A DNA stretch of 57,999 bases, filler included, from Basidiobolus ranarum (taxonomy: Eukaryota): assembly GCA_040143965.1 (NCBI GenBank). It is 5 parts of 5 records of this genome, joined end to end, with 100 filler letters (N's around TTAATTAATTAA, not from the genome) between each part and the next. Parts side by side here need not be neighbours in the genome. Positions count along the whole stretch, not along the records: positions 46,507 to 57,999 come from JASJQH010000608.1; 4 more parts are not named here. The stretch is one strand, 5' to 3'. Below are positions 51,190-57,999 of the stretch, piece after piece; position 1 is the stretch's first letter, and each line of letters opens with the position of its first letter. The notes beneath the pieces are model-generated. The model made no database searches, was not told where the DNA came from, and saw nothing but the letters and a program-made list of their open reading frames with translations. The position numbers were made by a program, and so were the translations under genes.

Positions 51190-51650
51190 TCGTATTCAAG
51201 AATTTAGCCATTTTCCTCTGATACGTTCTCTTTGTTAGATATCTTGACTGAACTCTCAGCATGTGTTGGGTGTGGAATTCTGTTGCCACTTTCTGGCTCT
51301 TTTGTTTGTTAGCATCAACGCCCTGGCGCCAATATCACTCCAATATTGTAGTTAGGAATTCTTTTGTCTGACTTGACTTGCTGTAAACGTATCAAAAAAG
51401 CAGCCACCATGGTTGCATTGCTGGTATTTTGTTGGATATGACAAGCCCAAATGGATTTAGAATTCTGTTGCCAACTCCTGGCTCTTTTGTATGCTAGCAT
51501 CAAGGCCCTTGAGTTAATATCACTCCAGTATTATAGTCAGGAGTTCCTTTTGCCCAACCGTACCTGCTGTAGACATATCAAAAGAGTAGTTGCCATAATT
51601 GCACTGCTTGCACTTGTTACTGAAATGAGACACTCGACTGAAAAAAAGCA
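51190..51650 (-). repeat. Diverged ~185-bp tandem duplication with residual coding character (probable pseudogene)
   Basis: GAATTCTGTTGCCA...CTGGCTCTTTTGT...TAGCATCAA occurs at ~51276 and ~51460. The units translate to related QCNxG..FD..TA..V.QK..LT.ILE*Y...G.DA..QKSQ..ATEF. Confidence 0.55.
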
Positions 51651-51762
51651 AGAGGCCACTGATTGAAAGTAAAGGGTCATTGGATTGCATTTATACTCCT
51701 CAATTGGATTAAGGTGGAGTGAATAAAGACCATAACTACTTTGAAGTATAGCCATGCTAATT

Positions 51763-52453
51763 TTGAAGTATTTTCGGAGTTTGTTGCAAGTGGCTTGGAG
51801 AACCAGAAGAATTGATGGTTGTCACTAATTGATTTATGGAGTAGAAGAGTGACACTTATAGTTTTGTCAAGAAGTAAACAAAAAAACACCTAGAATGTGT
51901 TAAGAAAGGTCCTAGGAACATGTGTGCAACTTTTGGGGCTTCCAGCACAGGTTTGAAAAATTAATATAACAGAACTTACAAGTAAATTCTGATTGAGATA
52001 TGGAATAACTAGGCTAGTATCGAGCTAACATACAGGTGAAGACATTGGACTGGATAACTATCCTTGCTAAACATCTAAGTAGACTTTTTTGAAGTGCTAG
52101 CAGAATTTAATTCTTCACATTGTTGTAGTATTTGTTAAAGTATTTTGGGAGCCTGTTGGAAGTGGTTTGGAGAATTGGAGAAGTTGGTGGTTTTCACTTA
52201 CTGATTTATTGAGTAGAAAGTTGACATTTATAGTTTTGTCAAGAGGCAAATAAAAAATGTGTGGAATATGTTAAAGAAGGTCCCAGGAACACGGATGCAA
52301 AGTTTGGGGCTTCTAGTACAAGTTTTAGAAATCTATTTATCTGAGAACTTCTAAGTAAATTCCTCTTGAGAATAGTGAAAAATTCAATATGGAATAACTA
52401 AATACTAAGCTACATATGACTATATAGATGTTTAGGCTATGTTAATTTCAACA
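51763..52453 (-). mobile_element. Two LTR relics of the same copia family (partial ~51763-52010; near-full 52133-52453)
   Basis: Reverse-complement matches to LTR 35820-36165, e.g. GGGAGCCTGTTGGAAGTGGTTTGGAGAATTGGAG, ending TTTCAACA. No clear target-site duplication. Confidence 0.85.
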
Positions 52454-53418
52454 GTTAATTACAGAATCTCACTCCTACAGTTTGATTTGTATACACACAC
52501 CAGTATCTTCAGTTTACGGTGTAGCAGCATTAATATTCAATTTATGCATATACCTATTTCATTCACAATACTCTAGTAAAATGGACCAGAAACTCTGGTT
52601 TAGGCATTTTCAGTCCTCAAGTTATAGTACTCAAATATATTCCATCATAACTCTTCAGTGGTGGATTAAAGCTCATTTAAGAGTTCAAGGAACTTTACTT
52701 TGAATGCAATACATCGCGTTCTACTTGATATCTCTTTCCATATATTTTTTGGCTTATGCGATAAATAGATTCCTACTCCGGCTCCATCTCTAGCAAGGGT
52801 ATTTTTAACTATGGTTACTAAAGAAAATAGCATTAACAATAAAAGTATCTCGGTGCCTTCAGCCTTTTATTTCATGAAAAGCACCTGGGCAAAGATGACT
52901 GAGGCCAAAGTAAGTTACTTTAAAAAATGAGTGTCTGAATTTCAAGACTTGAATATCTTCTGGATATAGTTACAGTTTTCATTACTTCTGTTGTCAAAAT
53001 AAACATCTGGTTGATATTTTTATGTATCCGTATCTAACCAAGATGGTTGCTAATAATTTCGATACTTGAGAAGTATTCATGGCCAAAGCTAAAGCATCTC
53101 GCGCCTAATGCTTCATAAGGTGTAAATATCCGATCAGAAATGCTACTACGGCAACAATCTTCACTACCACTGGTACGCTCAGTATCATAAGAGCAATCCA
53201 TTATTGTCCGGTTTTGAAACAACAAAATTTTACGATCACATGATGAGGCGATAAGTTCCAAATTTATCCAATTGACTCACGAATTCACAACAAAAATATA
53301 GGGAGCTGGAAATTGTTTGTGAGAAGATTTGTCGTAAACAAACTATGAGTTCTTAATAAAAGATTCGGGACGAAGCAGCATTTTAGTCTTCATTATTTCC
53401 CCTCGGAACTCGTCAAAA

Positions 53419-54482
53419 ATGCTCTCGATTGCCAAAGAAGAGAAATGTAATGCTAGCCAAGATTCTAATGAGAAGAAATCTAGCTTGGTGTTCAAATACC
53501 CTCACACTTTATACGATGGTCAACTACATGAAGAGTATCAATATTTAAATCTGGTCAACTTTGTCTTGGCAAATGGTCAGCATCGTGCAGATCGTACAGG
53601 AACAGGTACTCTATCCGTGTTTGCTCCTCCGCAAATGCGTTTCTCCTTGAAAGATGACAGCTTTCCTTTGTTGACCACCAAGCGCGTGTTCATTCGCGGC
53701 GTAATCGAAGAGCTTTTGTGGTTTGTACGGGGTGATACCAACGCACTTCATCTTTCGGAAAAGGGAATCAAGATCTGGGACGGAAATGGTTCCAGAGAGT
53801 TTTTGGATAAAGTAGGACTTTCTCATCGCCGAGAAGGTGATTTGGGACCAGTCTATGGTTTTCAGTGGAGACACTTTGGCGCTGAATATATCGATTGTGA
53901 CCATGATTATTCCAATGAAGGTGTCGACCAACTGAAAGAAGTCATTGATAAAATCAAAAATAACCCAACTGATAGAAGAATCATCATGTCTGCATGGAAC
54001 CCAGCTGGTATGTGTTTATTTCCAAGTGCTCACCAGTTGTTAATCTGGAATACTCACACTTTCCTTATTTGATAGATCTTAAAAAAATGGCCTTACCACC
54101 ATGTCACATGTTTTGTCAATTCTTTGTTTCTACGCCTACTCCCGAGGATCCCGTTCCCTATCTGTCGTGTCAACTGTATCAACGCAGTTGTGACATAGGA
54201 TTAGGTGTGCCTTTCAACATTGCTAGTTATGCCCTTCTCACCATCATGATAGCCCACGTTACAGGGTGTCAGCCTGGAGAATTCATCCACTGTATGGGAG
54301 ATACACACATATACAGCAATCATATTGAAGCCCTAAGAGAGCAGATTGGACGTGAGCCAAGGCCATTCCCCAAACTCAGGATCAATCGCCAAGTCCAAGG
54401 AATCGATGATTTCAAGTATGAAGACTTTGAGATTAGTGATTACAAGCCTCATAAGAACATTCAAATGGAGATGTCAGCTTAA
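53419..54482 (+). CDS. CDC21: Thymidylate synthase
   Basis: [22 protein letters not shown] and [13 protein letters not shown], then intron 54008-54075, MALPPCH and [19 protein letters not shown]. Confidence 0.98.
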
Positions 54483-55252
54483 ATTTACTTTTCCCGAAAA
54501 CGACCCATAGTTCTACTCGAACCCAAGCTAGTTCAATCCAGGAGTTCCAACTCCACCTTTAGAAACCTCAATGAATGTATCTTTTCAATCCTTAACTTAT
54601 CAGCTATAGCCTACCAATCCCGCCTCAGGGTTCCATAGGAAAAGTAGGAGGACAATAATCAGCTCTCAGCTACGCAGTTAAAATAAATGAATAAATTGAA
54701 CAATGGATGTTTCTACAGTAACCCATATTGCCCTAGATTGGAAGATTTGGGGATTGTCCTGATTGGTGATCATAAACAGTTGTTTTAGATGCGATAGAAA
54801 TCAACCACCGAAAATACCGAAGAGTGTGGACTCGGTGAATGAGCGAGAAGTTCCACCCGTCTAATACTATACCCAGCGTACAAAGGCAACTTTATCCAGC
54901 CTCTGGGTGACCGCCGCTCTAAATGGATGTAATGCATGCTTTTGTTTCAAAACAAGGTCACAACCATTTCCTTATGGATAAGATAGACTTTCTGTGCCAG
55001 CGACTAAAATAGATTGCAACCATTACTCACTGATAGATGATTGATTAGTGATGATTGGTAAGACAGCTTAGTCGAGATTGGCCCTGTGATTGGCTGTAAG
55101 TGCAGTGTTGTTGCACAATTTTTCGGGCATTCGTCACAAATCTTGAAAAATCGGCGGAGTTCCTGACTAGCTTCTTGGCAACATTTAGTCCTCTTAAAAT
55201 CATCGTTATAGCTAGTGACCTCTTACACTTCCGCTGTTTAAAACCACCATAA

Positions 55253-56597
55253 ATGGATTCTCTAGTAGCTTTGACACAAAAAGTCAACCCTTGGACTACA
55301 AAAATAGCCCAAAGCTTTGACAAAGCAAAACAAGTACGTCACCTTAATTATTCGAAATGTTGGAATCAACTTACAGCTTGATTTGTTCAACTCTAGTTTA
55401 ACTTCCCGATCCATATTTATTTAGATAGCACAAGTGAAGTTTGGTAATATTGAGATAACTCAACTTCCTGCCGAATATAATGAACTAGAAAAGGTCTCTT
55501 CCCTCACTCTTCTATGGCTTGTGAAACACTTACTAACCCAGTTTGGATATTTGTGTAGAAAGTAGATGCCATTCGTAACGCTCACCTTAATATGCTTAAG
55601 ATCACCAAGATCTATGGTACTGAAAACTACGATGTTCCCATGCAAATCCAAAACTCAGTAGTTGATTTCTCCCGTACTGTTGTTAAACGTGTCAATAGTA
55701 TGAGAGGCAGCGAAAAAGTTGAGAACGGAAACGAATCTAAACGCCCGAAAACTCTAGCACATGGTTTGGCTCGCGCCGCCGCTGAAGGTGCGGAAAAGAT
55801 CGGCACCGAGGAACCACTCGGTAAGCTTACCAATGACAATACTGCTTTGTTGTTACCCTATATTAACTCTATGAGTTTGATTGATTAGGTGCGGCTTTGT
55901 CCAAGTATGCAACGATTCAGGAAAATATTGGTGATGCCAGATTGACCATGGTAACATTCTTTTCATTCATTTGATGGTATAATATTACTAAACGTTATCA
56001 TGAACAGGATTCACAAATCGTTAGAAAATTCAACGAACCTTTCAATAACAATCTTAACTCGGCAATTCAGTTCTCTCTGGTTTGTTATAATTATTTGGTG
56101 AATGGGTATCTGATTTTAGTTCTAATCTTTACTGTCTTCCCCTGGTGTTAGAAAGCACGTCAACAAGTTAATACAGCAAGAATACATTTAGATGCCTGTA
56201 AAAACTCTCTCAAAACTGCCAAACCAGACAAAATCAACCAAGTACTTTTTGTTCTAAGAGCAATAATATTTGAAATATATGTCTAAGACCCTTAAACAGA
56301 TCAAAAGCGAAATAGAATCTGCCGAGGACCAATTTGTTGCAGCAGTCCAAGAGGCCATGGAGCTTATGAAAGCAGTAGTTGAAAATGTGGGTACTCTGAA
56401 ACAAATTTAAATGATAATGATTAATTAACCTGCTTTATTACAAATAGCCCGAGCCACTCCGCAATCTTTCTGATTTAGTGTCTTCACAATTAAACTTCTT
56501 CAAGGAAGCTTATGAATTGCTAACAGATGTCGCGCTTGATATTGACGAGATTCAGGTCACACAAGAAGCGACTTTTAGAAAAGGAAGGGAGGATTAG
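55253..56597 (+). CDS. GVP36: BAR-domain protein Gvp36-like (multi-exon)
   Basis: ITQLPAEYNELEK|KVDAIR, YGTENYDVP, PKTLAHGLARAA, IGDARL, ARIHLDACK and EIESAEDQFV. Confidence 0.85.
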
Positions 56598-57732
56598 AGA
56601 TGCCTGCCATCAAGTGAAATACTGTTGTATTGACTTTCATTTTAAATACTCTTTCTACGCATGAAATATCGCGCGATGAAGGATATATGTTTAAATCTCC
56701 TTGGTACCTGCATGTGCCAACTAAGGCTAAGAATGCAATCACTTTGGGAGAAATGTCGACTCAGCTCCTATGTACGGATCTTTTTTTTTCAATAAACGCC
56801 TCACATTGACACCAACTATGAAGAATATCCTGTGGCTGCAATATCAAATACAATTATGCTCAAAGAGTATATTATATTCAGGCAGTGTAGCAATTGTGAA
56901 GCTAGCAAACGGGAATGTCCACTCGATTCTCTTTCCAATCATTAAGAGCTAGGCCATGGAACAATATGAGGTGGGGTTACACATGACCTGACTTGACTCT
57001 TTCATATCCCAAGTTAATACTGTATCCCTGATGACCAATCTATTTTTGGTATATTCCACCCATCTGGCCTGTAACGACAAGATTATTAAAAATCTGTTCT
57101 TCCCTGTTGGAAAAGGTAGGGTCGAGCATTTGTCATGCACGATTGGGTTCATGGGGTGTGACAGTGGGCTATCCTGAAAGCAGTCGTGATTCAGCCTCAT
57201 GATGGCTCTTATGAGGCTCATCGACTACACCACACCGCCGTCAAGATGAAACTGTTGCCAAGCTATCAAGAGGGATTGGCTGGCGTGGGGGAAACATCAT
57301 CACAATGACCAGTAGCCCGCCAAAATTTTATGCAAGTTATCTGATCTGATCCCTCATGGTGTTACTTGCACAAGCCAAAAGGGTTTTAATGAAAACAAAG
57401 AAATCCCATTTCTGTTAGATGTAAACATTCTCTAGATAAATATGACAAGTTCGCGAATCAAAACCGACACACCAAAGAAGGATACCCACGATCCATGCCT
57501 AATATGAAACATACATGATCTTAACTCAATTTACCGACCACAGAAGAATTACCGTTGTTACCATTCCGCTTCCCCTTAGTACCCCCATGTTCACTGATTT
57601 ATTAGGATATATGTGATGGTAAGAAATCAGGAAGGAAGCGATAGTATTTAAGACGCGGTGCTAGCCTTTCAGCCATCATCTTCCATTTGGCTGGCTGACA
57701 ATCACTAAAGAACCCATTTATTTATCTTCCAA

Positions 57733-57999
57733 ATGTCCCAAGTTAGCTCTGATTTCCTTCAAGACGCTCATCGTTATTACGAAATTCTGTCTGCTCGTTC
57801 ACGCAGTCGTAGTGCACTCATGGCGAAGGACTCTAACAATCCAAGGCAGCCACGTTTACGTACTCAACGTAGTATTGAGGATGCGAAAGAATTCTGTTCT
57901 CGTAATAAATATCATCCAGTGATGTCCGAAGGCAAGCCCCGGATACGGCCTGTACCCAATGTAGGCGAGTTGAGTTCACGCCTGGAACGTTACCTACAA
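57733..57999 (+). CDS. 5'-partial ORF of unknown function, truncated by the window end
   Basis: TATTTAA ~85 nt upstream and a CCAAATG start. It is open for 89 codons (MSQVSSDFLQDAHRYYEILSARSRSRS...). Confidence 0.5.
   Translation, partial: MSQVSSDFLQDAHRYYEILSARSRSRSALMAKDSNNPRQPRLRTQRSIEDAKEFCSRNKYHPVMSEGKPRIRPVPNVGELSSRLERYLQ

Overview
Eukaryotic, AT-rich fungal DNA with many short GT-AG introns, most consistent with an early-diverging fungus (inference from intron style and gene content). The window is not one locus. It is five contigs of steadily decreasing length (11556, 11545, 11508, 11497 and 11493 nt) joined by 100-nt N/TTAATTAATTAA spacers, so adjacency across gaps means nothing. 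Most genes are housekeeping: ATG22, UBP3/USP10, PMP3, YDJ1-type DnaJ, RPS23, PPWD1 cyclophilin, PPE1, GET1, an SRSF7-like SR protein, CDS1, UBA4, an UNC-93-like MFS, SYS1, COX24/mS38, a C2H2 factor, thymidylate synthase and GVP36. There are also Ty1/copia LTR relics and a tRNA-Arg pseudogene. The most interesting item is a tandem family at 12.5-15.7 kb, with an inverted copy at 22.7-23.2 kb. It encodes secreted prepropeptides: a signal peptide, a conserved pro-motif ending TPxExQL(R/L)R, and hypervariable, strongly cationic cores. This is the layout of a kexin-processed antimicrobial or cytolytic peptide system, and several copies are decaying. Other notable items are a mitochondrially targeted, apparently inactive bacterial-type cytidylate kinase, an intronless ST7-like/TPR gene, a FYVE-less LST2 homologue, two unannotated microproteins and a frame-critical 16-nt micro-exon in the SR gene. 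Homology calls come from recognising motifs by eye, not from database searches.
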